Assembly (NCBI RefSeq): GCF_009914755.1
Contig: NC_060925.1
From: the human T2T-CHM13v2.0 reference genome, Homo sapiens
Strand: one strand, 5' to 3'
DNA length: 64,000 nt
Of this stretch, positions 1 to 16,655 are shown piece by piece (the stretch's first letter is position 1; the number at the start of each line of letters is the position of its first letter). A model generated the notes under the pieces. The model had not been told where the DNA came from and did not search any database. It saw only the letters and a program-made list of their open reading frames with translations. The translations under genes and the position numbers were made by a program.

Positions 1-616
1 CTTTAAGTTTGTAATATTATAGGTTTTGTGTATTTCACAAAAAACTACAAAGTTTAGCTTGCCTTCACGGTACTAGTTTCCTATCATGTTACTATTTAAT
101 TACGTGATTATACTTGAAAATTTTTCTTCTGAAGGTTATTATTAGTGCATGGACATAAACCTCTGCCGGTTAAAGATCACTGGATCAGAAATCAAGATAT
201 ACAAAGCCTCCTTCACTAACAAGCTAGTCGAGCTAGGTACAGCATTAAACCTTTCTAGACAGGAGTCCTCATCGATAAAAGGAGAGGGGTGGACTAAATA
301 ACTTAAAATGTTGCATGTGACTTTAACTAGGCATGATAAATTTGGCAGGAAATCTTAAAAAATACTGACAGGTAATAAATATGTGATTGTATAATAAAAG
401 ATAGCTGTTACTCTTATACAAGTACTTTAAAAAATGCAGTTACCTAGATCAATGGTAGTACGCCTTCCGAGTTTCTTTGTAGGAGGAAGAGGATGGAACA
501 GGCAGTGGTGCCTGTACTCTGCGCAACAGAGCTTCAATATATCAAAATTAGTTTTCTTCTACAAAATCATGAAAGCCCAAGGAACCACTCAATGGGAGAG
601 AATTTAGGAGTCTTAC

Positions 617-683
617 CTTGTAGAGCTCACCCCATATTCTTTTGGACTGTCCCTTTTTATAGATCTCTTCTTGAGCTTCATTT
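617..683 (-). CDS. GNL2: GNL2 exon 6 ([22 protein letters not shown]); gene continues beyond the window start
   Basis: tttag| acceptor, AAG|GTAAG donor, 67 nt; cumulative 636 nt = 212 codons; [13 protein letters not shown] is the conserved NOG2 motif before the GTPase domain. Confidence 0.97.
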
Positions 684-841
684 CTAAATAAGAAAGCACC
701 GCAAATGAGCAACTGAAGCACCATCAAGACTAAAAGGATGCTTTAGGGTAAAGTCAATGTACCAAAAAAAACAGTATCAAACCCAGTTGGAGATGGACCA
801 GAAACAAACTGAATTTAAAAAGTGTGCCCAAATGTCTGTCA

Positions 842-1230
<389 letters not shown>

Positions 1231-1549
1231 AAGAAAATTCTGACACCTGCTACAACACGAATGAACCTTGAAGACATTATGCTAAGTGAAATAAGCCAGA
1301 CACAAAAGGACAAATACTGTATGATTCCACTTATATTAGGCACCTAAACCAGTCAAATTCATGAGAGAGAAAGTAGAATGTTGTTACCAGGGGCTGGGGG
1401 AGAGGGGAAACGGACCGTTAGTGTTAAATGGGTACAGGGTTTCAGTTTGGGATGATGAAAAAGTTCTGGAGATGGATAGCTGCAATGATTGCACAACAAT
1501 GTAAATGAACTTAGTATCACTAAACTGTACACTTGAAAATGGTTAGAAG

Positions 1550-2150
<601 letters not shown>

Positions 2151-2939
2151 TAAAAAAAAGCATGACTGAATTAGGCAGTATGTCACAGAGAATTACAAAA
2201 TGGAATTGGCAGGACCTGAATCACAACCTATACTCCATAGCTCCCATATACAGCAGTATTTTTCTGATAAGGTTTAGAATCTGTTTATTTACTAGTCTCT
2301 AGGACATTTACCCAAGGTAAACAAAAATAGTTTTGTCTTTACTGCATTACCTACTATACCTGTTGCGGAAGGAAAAATTCAAATCGGCAGAATACAAAGC
2401 CAACGAAAGTTCAAATAATTCTAAGAACAAATAAATGAACTCACTGCCTCTTTTTGCTTGGCCTCAAATGGCTTGACATTTTATCTCTAGGTGGCCCAAT
2501 GCTTGAAGATGGGCTGACAATAGCAATGAGGTAATAACACTGATGCAGTCAAAGGACAATGCCTCTTCACTAAGACAGCAAAACCTCCACTTCATTTAAG
2601 AGACATGAGATGGACGAGAATGAGAGCTTTCTAGCACTGCCCAAGGGAAATGAAATTAAACCCTTTCTCAAGAGCAATGTGGCAGCTGCCTATCAAAAAG
2701 CATGCATACCTTTTGATATCATGCTTTGCTCCATAAGAACTTATCTTTGGGGAATAATTAAGGATGAAAAAGATGCGGTCACATTGATGCTTCATCCTTG
2801 TGTTGTTCACCATAAGGAAAAACTATACACAGTATAAATGTCCAACAATGAGACTGGCCATAACAAACAAAATACTACTCTGACAATAAATATTATATTA
2901 TTGTTGATTATGTACTGACATAGAAATATATTCCTAATA

Positions 2940-3158
2940 ATCACAGCTTACTGCAGCCTCAAATTCCTGGGCTCCAGTGATCCTCCCACCTCAGCCTTCT
3001 GAGTAGCTGGGACTCTATGCCCAGCCAATTTTTTATTTTTTGTAGAGACAAGGTCTCACTATGTTGCCCAGGCTGGTCTCAAACTCCTGTGCTCAAGCGA
3101 TCTTCCTGCCTCAGCCTCCCAAAAAACTAGTATTACAGGTAAGCCACTGCAGCCAGCC
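2940..3158 (-). mobile_element. Alu (J-like, partial)
   Basis: Antisense Alu motifs with internal deletion. Confidence 0.8.
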
Positions 3159-3733
3159 GGTGACTGATTCTCCTTTTGAGTATGGATCCCTACGAGAATA
3201 TGATTAAAGTTATAGATACTTCCTCTCCTCCTCCTCCTCCCCAAAACAAAAACAAAAAACACAAAACCCTACTGCCTTTATGTAAGCTCACAAATTTTCC
3301 ACATTTTCTTCAAAGAGTCAAAGAAACCTTACAGGCCATCCATTAACTCAGAGACCTCCAGTTAAGGAAGCCCCGATATTCACAGAGGCATTAACAATGC
3401 TTAATATCAGCAATGGGATCATGAGTTATGTTCTTTTTGTTGTATTTTCCAACTTAACTATATTTCCTAATTTGTCTATGACTGGTGTATTACTATTATA
3501 AATGAAAAAATGTTATTTATTTTGGGGATGAGGAGAGACCTTTGTCAATCAAGCCACCTTAGACATCTTCAGTCTAGCCCCAATTTCACCAACGTCTCCA
3601 GTCTGAGGGAAGAAGATAACTCCATATATGAGTTAAAGCACTGAGCTTCACACAGGCAAAATAAGTTGAAAGAAAATGTTTTGTTGCAGAAGAGCAAATG
3701 ATGAGATTTGCATGAACTTCAAAACTGTACCTC

Positions 3734-4244
<511 letters not shown>

Positions 4245-6049
4245 CTGAAGAGAAAGGAGAATAACAGGTAAAACTAAGAAAAGCACTGAGAAAAAGCAAA
4301 AAGCTCAACACCCACCTAGGAAAGACTTTCTGATTTTATTTTTCCAAGGTTCAACCCATACCCAAATCTGTAAGACATGGTTTCAGTCTGGTTTCAAATC
4401 AGAATTACTTGTTGAAATGGCACAAACACTGGTTCCCTTATTCTGAAGTTCTGTAAGCTTCCTTGGAGAAATACAAAAGTAATACAAATAATCAAAGTAA
4501 ATATGAATAGTTGTACAAAAACTTGCCAAAAACTCTGCTTTATTTCATTTATCATAAATTTCAGTCAAATGTAATTAAGGCTACAGTGGTGAAAATTAAT
4601 CTTTTCCACCATTTTTTATAGCTTTCAAACAAGAGCATAAAATTCGCCAAATTCATAGATTTTGTCAAGGACAATCATACTCAAATTTGTGAGTTTTTTT
4701 TAAACCAACTGTAAATGCCAACTTTTTCTTGGAAGTTAATTTCTTTCATGGCTAAAAGGAATTGCTTGTTTTGTAAGATGCATTTTAGTTTCAGATAACA
4801 TTTTCCCTAATTTAGGTAACGTTTTTATTAAATGCACATGGCAAGTCTTCGGATGAAAAACATCTAGCAAAAGTCCAAAATAATAGTTTAGATGTGATAA
4901 AAGGAACCTGATACTAACTAGAACTTGATGTGCCTGTAAAGGAGTTACAGGCATAGGAATTTCTGAAGCAAGATAAAAGAGTTGGGATCTATCACATAAC
5001 GGAATGTTAACAGCCTGCAGACAATTAAAAAAAAAAAAATCACCCTTTTCCCCCTAGTACAAGCTCCTCCGTAAGCACCACTACCAAAAGCTGTGAGGAT
5101 GATGCAGCAGCCCCTGTGGTTTCTGAACTTTAACAGATCCCCTCTTCCAACTTCTAAAGATCCTTAAACTATTATCATTTTCTCAGATGCCCTAACCCAC
5201 AACTCAGTTTAGTTTTAGTCACTACGTTCCACTCGGGAGCATCTCCAAACAGAAGCAGCTCATTTTACATGGGAAATAGGGTCTAATGTCACTGGGTAAA
5301 ATCAAGTGTGACCAAAATTATCCTTCAAAATCTCTTAACCTGTAAGTTACAGTACCCAAGGCTTTATGTCTATAAACCTACACATTAGTAAGTATAACAC
5401 ACATTAGTAAGTATAACACAGTAATATACAGTATATAAAGCACATATGCAAAGTTACAGTACTCTTACTGTATTGCTACAGAAATACAGTAGTTCTAAAA
5501 CACATATAGATGAATATGCGTATCTGATCTAACTCCACTGTGCAAAATAATCTCAGAATTAGATTTTATAAGTAATAGATATTACACTAAAATAAAATAG
5601 TTAAGGTTTTTCAAGGCCAAAGCAGAAAACTCATCAATTACTCTGAGCAGCTTTCTGCATCAACAAAGAAGCTGACTGGTGCAACTGCAGACCCTTCATT
5701 CTACATACCAGATATTTAAACACTGAATTTTAGAAGCACTGACAACAAGTACAGGCAACGAAGCAATAAATCCATCACAGAACCTCTCTGTTCTTCTCAT
5801 AAACAGGATTCAATAGTTGCTTAAAAGATGGCTTTAGGGAGAACAGACAAAGAGAACAAGGGAAATGAGCAACTTGCCTGTGGTTCATGAATTACACTCA
5901 TGTGTTCCCCTGAAAGAAAACAGTCATTCTACTAATAGGTGCCATTCTTCTAGTGCATCATAAAACAAAACATAACTGACAAAACCTGAGGCAATAACCA
6001 GGCCTTGGTTTTTATTTTGTTCTGCAAGTAAACAGTTTTCTTTGAACTA

Positions 6050-6353
6050 TTTTATTTTTATTTATTTATTTGAGACGGAGTCTTGCTCTGTCGCCTGGGC
6101 TGGCACGCAGTGGCGCAATCTCGGCTCACTGCAAGCTCTGCCTCCCGGGTTCATATCATTCTCCTGCCTCAGCCTCCTGAGTAGCTGGGACTACAGGTGC
6201 CCGCCACCACGCCCGGCTAATTTTTTTTTGTATTTTTAGTAGAGACGGGATTTCACGTGTTAGCCAGGATGGTCTCAATCTCCTGACCTTGTGATCCACC
6301 CGCCTTGGCTTCCCAAAGTGCTGGGATTCAGGCGTGAGCCACCGCGCCCAGCC
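6050..6353 (-). mobile_element. Alu (Y/Sc-like)
   Basis: Antisense Alu, TSD tgaactattt. Confidence 0.93.
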
Positions 6354-6835
6354 TGAACTATTTAACCCACGTATGCATGTCAATGTTTTTCTCCCCTCCT
6401 CATACTGGAACTGAAGCTTACGTACTGGCTACATTTCTGGGAATTTATTATTCAATGCAAGTAAAAATAAGCAGACAAACAACAGATTCTTTCTTTGTTC
6501 TGTGTGAAACTCATTCCACTCAACCCAGATTGAATCCTTACTGCACTTCAAATTTTAGCAATTGACAACCAATGTGACCAGCACCCCTTCCTTCAGCTGA
6601 GAAAAAATCTCAAGGATCTCACAAAAGCTGAACGTACGCAACACCAAAGTTCTACCAACTCAATCCTAATTCTACGCTGTCCCAAAGTTTGATGGAATTA
6701 CCACTTAAAACAAGTTTGCCTACCAAAATAAATAATATTACTAATAGCTGTTATCAATTTAGCTCTTATTAGGTGGTGTGCTATGTGCTCACTATGGGCC
6801 AAGTGCTTTACAGATGCTTCATCTGTAGCCAATAA

Positions 6836-7154
<319 letters not shown>

Positions 7155-7454
7155 CTATCTATACTTTCAAGGCAAAGAAGTTAAAGTTCATGGAGAAACC
7201 CAACTAAGGGCACAGGAAGGGATAGAGCAAGGATTAAAATTCAGGTCTCAACTCCAAAACCTGTGCTTTGATCCACTACACTACTGCACCTCATACTAAA
7301 CATGAAAAGGTGAAAAGAGAGGTCTTAGAAAGTTCATCATTGCTACATTAAAGTCACTATTTTCTAAGGAAAAACAAAAGACAAATATGTTAGAGAGGGA
7401 TCTGCATGGAGTTTGCCCAGGAAATTCCATCACCAGGGATATCCTACATCTTAC

Positions 7455-7594
7455 ATGAGGCCGGATTCGATCATGGAGAAGAGACATTGGTAACTTGCTT
7501 TGCTTCATGACAACTTTGTATGGATCCTTCATAACTGTATCCATTTCCTCTTGAAATTTTTGTAATGATGACTGCTTAATCACACGTGTGTTTC
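7455..7594 (-). CDS. GNL2: GNL2 exon 4 (NTRVIKQSSLQKFQEEM...HDRIRPH)
   Basis: Inside ORF 7296..7622; acag| acceptor, CAT|GTAAG donor, 140 nt. Confidence 0.97.
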
Positions 7595-8185
7595 CTGTTT
7601 TACAAATAAAGAATGTTGCCACTTAGTTAATATTTGCGCATCCATCTTCCACTGACACGGTGAAAGGCAAGATTTTAAATTACCCTCACTTACCCAAGCA
7701 CCTGATCCATCCATCCCTTGGAGCTGTTTTCAAACTTAAAAGAGGAAAAAACCAAAAAACTGCCTCTCCCGCACTTGCACACTATGAACTATTCCACAAA
7801 TCCAGACCCACAAAGGGTTTCAATAGTTTTCCAAGTCCAGTTTCCTAACTAAATGAAACTGAGAAATAAATAGCGTGGAATGGAACTGAGATCTGTCAAA
7901 TGTCCTACTACCTGCTAGATCTAGCAGAGAAACCTGGAGCCAATCACAGCTGATCAGTCAGTATAGACAGAGAATCTTGAAACACTGAAATTTGAGTCAT
8001 AGTTAGCCACTTTTAGGGTTATGAGGATTCAAAGGGACTATTAACCAATGAGTCCATGCAAGGGAACAAGATAGAGCCCTGCACCACCACCTGGAAAACA
8101 TCTTGTGAGGGAGACCCTGAAAAGCATTCAATTAAACAGCATGCTGCGGCATAAATGCAAAACAGCAAGGTGGTAATGACGGTAG

Positions 8186-8556
<371 letters not shown>

Positions 8557-9460
8557 GTATTTACTCATTTGATTACCATGACAGTCTTATGAGATAGGTT
8601 TCATCTTATTCTCATGTTAGGGATGAGAAAACTGATGAACAGACAGACTTAATAACTTGCCCACTGGCACATAAATGACAGAACTAGAATTCAAACCCAG
8701 GCAGTCTAATCGAGTCACAGTACCCAGCAGCCATGCTAAATGCTTCTCTGCAGAGTTTTGACACCTTTCTGTGTTGCAGTTCTTAGGAAGTATCCCACTG
8801 AAAGTATAAGAGACTCAAAGATAGCTGCCACCTGCCCCCAAGGACAGAGGTCAAACACCAAGCAAACACTGGGGTCTGATCATCTAAAGTGCCCATACAT
8901 TTACCAGTGGCTAAGGGCAAAGTTAAGAGCCCAGACTGAAATGAGACAGGGAGTTTTCCAAGGAAGAAGCTGTGATCACCCTGAGACTGAAGATACTCTA
9001 TTCACTGTTGGACGGTTCAACAGTGAGACCCTTTAATTGTCACCCAAGTTCAAATAAAAACCCCATTAAGAAGTATTTCAGAGGAACTTCGGGCTAATGC
9101 ACTTACCCTGAAGGATATATGCACAAAACCTACAAGGCCACCTCTCCAACAGTATCTCTTTAGGAAAGCAGAAAAGATTAAGATGAGCATTCTAAGGTCT
9201 GTGAATGCTAGTCATTAAGGATGGTCTTATCTGCTTAAGAGGGTTCAATTACAATTACTAATGGTGAGCGCTCTTCAAAAAGAAGTTATTTATTAAATTG
9301 ACCACCACTACTTTTCCCAGTAATTCTTCTTATCCCTTTCTCAGATAATCCTTGCCGGTTTCACTCACCAAAAACTCCTGCTGTTTAGACATTTAAACAT
9401 CCTAGCCGTTTCCACTCAGCATATATTTTGTAGAGCAAAGTAACAGGGGATAATACTCAC

Positions 9461-9555
9461 CAAACCATTTAATATTTGGCTCTACTCTTGCCACTGTGCC
9501 AGAAGCCACCGTTGATTGATATTGCAGGGGTTTAATTATTTTACCACGACTGTTC
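9461..9555 (-). CDS. GNL2: GNL2 exon 3 (NSRGKIIKPLQYQSTVASGTVARVEPNIKWFG), start of NGP1NT domain
   Basis: tttag| acceptor, TTG|GTGAGT donor, 95 nt, frame continuous. Confidence 0.97.
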
Positions 9556-10510
9556 CTAAATTGAGGAAAGAACAGATATTGGTTGACAACAGAAAAATGG
9601 CAACAGCGAAGTTTGATTTACAGAATATATTTTCCATCAAAAGGACTTCTTACTTTGGTTTTAAATGATCATGAAATACCAATTCCAGTAAACACAAAGT
9701 ACTTCTACATTTGAAACAGATTGCCCAAAAGCCATTTAACCTCTTGCAACAGAGCACGTAATGATTTCTGCTAGATGAATAACAACTAATGGTGACGTTC
9801 TAAAAAATCTGGTTACTGTTTACTTTAAAAAAAAAACACATACATACTTGAGTTTTTTGGGTAATTATTCAAAGGCTGGTTTAAATGAATTTTTCACGTA
9901 GAGGGTGATTTACGCCGGAATTCCAAATTCTAAAACAAACTGCAAAGTAGATGACTACACATATTAAGTTCTTTGACATTTGTATTTTAGTCACATCTTT
10001 TAGGACAGACGGAGATGGAGAATCTAATTACCAAACAAATTAAGACCAGTTAGCGGAATGCCACACTCAGCAAATCCCTGTGGTAGAGGCTACCTCAGCA
10101 GAACTCGGAGTTTTGATGACTGTCCAAGTGCCACAATGTCGTGATCTACATTTTGGCATTAAAAAACACATTTTCTGGTGGCTTTCCTAACTACAGTCCT
10201 GTAGGTTTTGTTATATCTGGCCATATTTAACTCTGAGATTTAATGCGCCATTTGTGGAGGTCAGGGCTGTGAGAAACAAGACCTCTACTTTTGAGTATTG
10301 TGAAACCATCACTATTTCACCGCCAGCTACCCATGTCCTTAACCAAAAGTTAACACTTTATCCTAACGACACTCACGTACAATTATATTTGAGAATATAT
10401 AACTCCTATTTGGAGGAAGTGGGGGTGAGAACAGCAAAGGCTTCATCAGTCTCAGCTAGCAGTCAAGGGCATGAAGGAAAAGAGAAAGGATGACAGCACC
10501 CAGTGCTCAC

Positions 10511-10595
10511 CTGCGCTCCTTTTGCCTATACATATTCAGGCGCCGGATGGTGGCCCGGTCCCTCATGTTTTGGCCTCCTGCTCCCTGCACTCGAT
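10511..10595 (-). CDS. GNL2: GNL2 exon 2 (DRVQGAGGQNMRDRATIRRLNMYRQKERR)
   Basis: tttgtag| acceptor, CAG|GTGAG donor, 85 nt, frame continuous. Confidence 0.97.
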
Positions 10596-10824
10596 CTACA
10601 AAAGGCAGAAGTACACAGTGCACTATTTGATAACCAACCAGTATAACCAACAAGTCATTGCTTAAAATGCAACAAGTAGTTCACCCAAATTAGGTAAGAA
10701 GCCACCAACCACAAAAATCTCTACTTTCTCCATATGTTGCTCCAATAATTAGTACTTGAAGCTACATGGTATGACAAAGCTGACCCAATCTTTGATCTTC
10801 GATAGGATTGTATTTGAGAAGAAT

Positions 10825-11045
10825 AGCTAATATTTTTGAGCACTTATGATGGCACTGTGTTATCCAAATTATAGGCATCATCTGATTTAATCTATACAAT
10901 AATCCTATAGATATATTATCCCCATGCTGCGGAGTGAGAAACTGAGGCACAGTGGTCAGACACCTTGCCCAAGGTCAAACCGTTACTAAATGGCAGAGCC
11001 AGAATTTGTACATGAGCATTTGATCACCATCTATGGTCTTAACCA
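10825..11045 (-). mobile_element. MIR
   Basis: MIR core: tattatccccat...gagaaactgaggcacag...ttgcccaaggtca. Confidence 0.7.
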
Positions 11046-11237
11046 CGAAGATACCTACCTCTGTGTCTCAGTTTAACAAATATTGAGTGCCTGCTCCATG
11101 CAAGGCACCATGGAGACTATAATTTTGATATATGTGTTCTTACTTTCTTAATGTTTGATTTTTGTTTAATCAACACAGCAATTCTTGCCTTACATCTCAA
11201 AGAGAAAGAGAAGGACAAACGAATAGGGTAATACTAG

Positions 11238-11599
<362 letters not shown>

Positions 11600-12449
11600 T
11601 AAATCACCTGTCTGGTCCTGAAGTGATACAGTAGAAGACAGGCTGAAACCACAGCCCATTGGCTCTCCTAACAGTCTCTAACAGTAGAAACTGGCGGCTC
11701 TACTACTACTCACTAACTGTTGCAATTATGACAGGCCACTTCCTGTATTTTGATTCAGTCTCTTCACCTGTAAAATCATAATCTCTAAGGGCCTTTTGGG
11801 GTCTAACATTCTGAGATTCCAGTTTGTGCAAAGTGAATAATTTATTATCAATCCGGAATAAACATTCAACATGCATTAAAATTGTCAAAAATTCTAAACC
11901 ATATTTTAAAACAAAGTTTTATTAATTAAACCTGAATGGAAGGAACTCTCCCATAGGATGTCTTGTTAATCGTACAGGTGGAACCTCGCCAAAACTTACA
12001 CACATCTCCTAAACAGCCTTACTGCAATGATCATACTGACTTCTTTGTAGGGTTCTCTAAGCACTTTACCAGATAGAATAATTCCAAGGGCCAAAACTAT
12101 AAGCCCTTTCTCATTTTAAAGGTCAAAGCTAAGGTGGCAGGCAAGTATGATCACGTGTAAAAGGCCCGAAGGGTCAACCTACACCATTTTTAATCTGACT
12201 TTCTCTGCATCTCTCAACTGGAGAGGACCCAAGGCTGTCAGCCTGAGTGTTCACTTTCCTTGACTTCAGACCAGTTGACTACACTTTGGCCTGCCAGGCG
12301 TGCACTGAGCCCTCCTCAGTTCCCCCCTGAGAAGAAACCACCACAAATATTGCTTTCCTTTTTCCCTTTTCATCCCCAACAGCCACCCCGCTCGTAGTCA
12401 TTCTAAGCAATGCCACTCGAGTAACCCTCCTTCCCCTCCAGTGCTCCTC

Positions 12450-12900
12450 GGAGCCCTTCCCTATACTTCCTCCAAGCTCCACCCTCGATCAGCCCTGCCG
12501 CCTGTACCTGGGTTTGTGCTGGCCTTGGACGGGTTGATGGTGCTCCGTCCTTTGTACTTGGGCTTCACCATCTTGGCGACGAGACCGGGACCGGAGTGCG
12601 AGGTCCGGCTTACGTGGTGAAACAAACTTTTATGTTCCCAAGCCCGGCCGAAGACACCCGCCTGAACCACGCCGGACCACGTGTGCACGACGTACGTCAC
12701 TTCCGCTCGCGTCCCTCTCTGCCTCAGAGCGACTTCCTGTGAACGCGCGGCGCGCGCCGTCACCCTCCTGGCTCCGCCCCCGCTCCAGCCGCCTAGGCGT
12801 CGCCCTGCGTGGAGCCCCAGCCCGCTCCAGCCCTAGCAACCGCCAAGCTGCCCGTTCATAGCAACCGCCTAGTTAACCTGAACGCGCGGCCAGAGCTCCC
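12450..12900 (-). promoter_or_regulatory. GNL2: GNL2 CpG-island promoter with E-box, ETS/CRE composite, GC box and RFX-like half sites
   Basis: CpG-dense; CACGTG 12678-12683; ACGTCACTTCCG 12694-12705; ACTTCCTG 12732-12739; CCGCCCC ~12774-12780; TAGCAAC at 12834 and 12859. Confidence 0.85.
12508..12571 (-). CDS. GNL2: GNL2 coding exon 1 (MVKPKYKGRSTINPSKASTNP-D)
   Basis: ATG at 12571 (context GCCAAGATGG), donor CAG|GTACAG, 64 nt; translation matches the GNL2/NGP-1 N-terminus. Confidence 0.97.
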
Positions 12901-12979
12901 AGTTGGGTCCACCTCCGAATAAAGAAGCTTCTTCCCAGGCCAGTGGCACAAGCTTAAGTTTGTCTTCTGAATTTGTCTT

Positions 12980-13790
12980 CTAAGTCCTTCCAAAAGTTGC
13001 CGACCACACAGCAGCCAAATATCCGTTAGGAGGTGTCATTCTCTTCCTTACAACTCCAGTGGCTTATCATCACTCTTAGAATGAGAGGTAGGGGAAGGGA
13101 GAAGGGAGAAACAGACAGAGACAGAGATTGATTCAAACTTTTTGCCATCCCTACAGGATTCTGTGATCTGGCCCCTGCCTGCCTATTTATCTAATCTCAT
13201 GTGTACCTCCCTCCCTCTGGTTATTCTGACATTTACACTGGATATTCTCTCTGCCTGAATCACTCTTTCCCAGAATCTTTGCATAGCTGTCATTCAATCC
13301 TAAGCTCAAATATCACCTATTGGTAGGCCTGCAAGAATTAGCAAATAGAAATACAGGACACCAAATTAAATTAGAATTTCAGAGAAAAAAAATGAATACT
13401 TTTCTTTAGTACACCTCCAACAGTGCCTGGAAAATACTTAGACTAAAAAAGTATTCATCGTTTGCCTGAAATTCAAATGTAACTGTACGTTCTGTATTTT
13501 ATCTGGTGACCCTTCCTGCTGTGAGAACTCATTCCTGTCTAATTTGTCTAAATCAGCCACCTTTCACCCTTTCACAGTTATTCTGTTACAGTATTCTGTT
13601 TTATTTATTTCATGGCATTTATCACTAGTTGAATTTTTTTTACAAGTTTATTGGCTGCTTCCCCCAAACTAGAATGTAAGATTCTTAAAAGCAGGGACCT
13701 TGTTAATTTGTTCACTGCTGTGTCTTTAAGACTTGAATAGCATCTGAAACAAAGGACTCAAAAAATATTCATTAAGTGAAAGAATGAGTA
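12980..13790 (+). mobile_element. L2 3' fragment interrupted by a MITE
   Basis: L2 3' end phrases: ctagaatgtaagattctt...gcagggaccttg...tgttcactgctgt. Confidence 0.7.
13323..13513. mobile_element. MER53-like palindromic hAT MITE
   Basis: ~190 bp imperfect inverted repeat (aaatacagga...gaatttcag / ctgaaattc...tctgtatttt). Confidence 0.7.
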
Positions 13791-13919
13791 GATGGGAATG
13801 TCTCTTGCCTTGAGGATGAAGGAAGGCATTAAGACCCAGTGATTTCTGTTTCTACTAGCCAGAATAAAGTGTCTAGATGCCAGTGTTTGAACCAAGAAGC
13901 CCTCTCTCTTTTTACAATT

Positions 13920-14316
<397 letters not shown>

Positions 14317-15264
14317 TAGGCAAGAGGAAGGGTGGATTCATGCAGTGTAGCTCATTTCATAAAAACAAACAATTTGTTATAAAGTGAGGTATTCTAATTG
14401 AGCAGGGGATGATTGAGTCTTTATTTCTCTGAGTTTGAAACAAACCCCAAAACATTCTCTTTAGAGCAAAAGCAGGCCATGTCATAGGCTAGAGCTGGAA
14501 ATACCTTCTGTCCCTCAAGCTTCGCTTTTATTGCCCCAAGGGCAAGTATCATGAGATTAAATGCAGCTCTGCTGGGAAGGCCCTGACTGTGACCTGTGTT
14601 AGGGAAGCTCTGAGAGCTATTTGGAAAAAACTTCATGATCAGTGAAGATGCCCCCTTCCACCCCACACTGTCCCTCTGATCCCCAAAACAAGGATACCAT
14701 AGCCTCCTCCCAGAGAGAAGATTCAGTTAATGTGTTTCTGATGCCTCAAGTTGGTGCAAACCAGAATAAACACGGATGGCAAAAATCAGCCTATGAGCTC
14801 ATTCAGGCTTTGATCAGAGACATAATTTCATTATGAAATTTTGAATCAGGCTGTTGTGAAGTCTTGCCAAGGAGTTTCATTTTCCCAGATGATATGGTGG
14901 GTTGTTTCTCTCCTGTTCTCATACTCTGCTTGCATTTATCTTACAAACTTTCCATCTATTTTTATAATCTGACCCATCAATCCTTTTACAACAATATTTG
15001 CCGATCTCGACAACCAACTTCAATTCTACCAGCAGATAAAAAGCCTGATCAAGGTAAGTCAAGCTTAAGTTACTGGTTTGATTTGCCTGCCCTGCTTGCC
15101 GCATTGTAATGCAGTGACTATTTTTCACTCTCTTTTCTGATGTCATGCCAACTAGCAGAGGCAAGATACACCTCCAGGTCTACAGTTCCTCAGCTTTAAA
15201 ACAGATGCAATAGCTTAACTACTCTGAAAGACTGCAATAAGATCATATGAGTTACAGTATATGA

Positions 15265-16096
<832 letters not shown>

Positions 16097-16159
16097 TGAC
16101 CTCACTTTTATCTTCATTCTGTAAAAAGTTTATCACTGGGGTCTAATGGGCAAATAGCA

Positions 16160-16655
<496 letters not shown>

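Noticed and set aside
14890-15054. Plus-strand exon candidate (cccag|ATG ... AAG|GTAAGT)
   Set aside because: The splice sites look good, but the ATG frame has an internal stop and no partner + exon was found; the minus-strand reading fits neighbouring blocks better. Use in a divergent lncRNA is not excluded.
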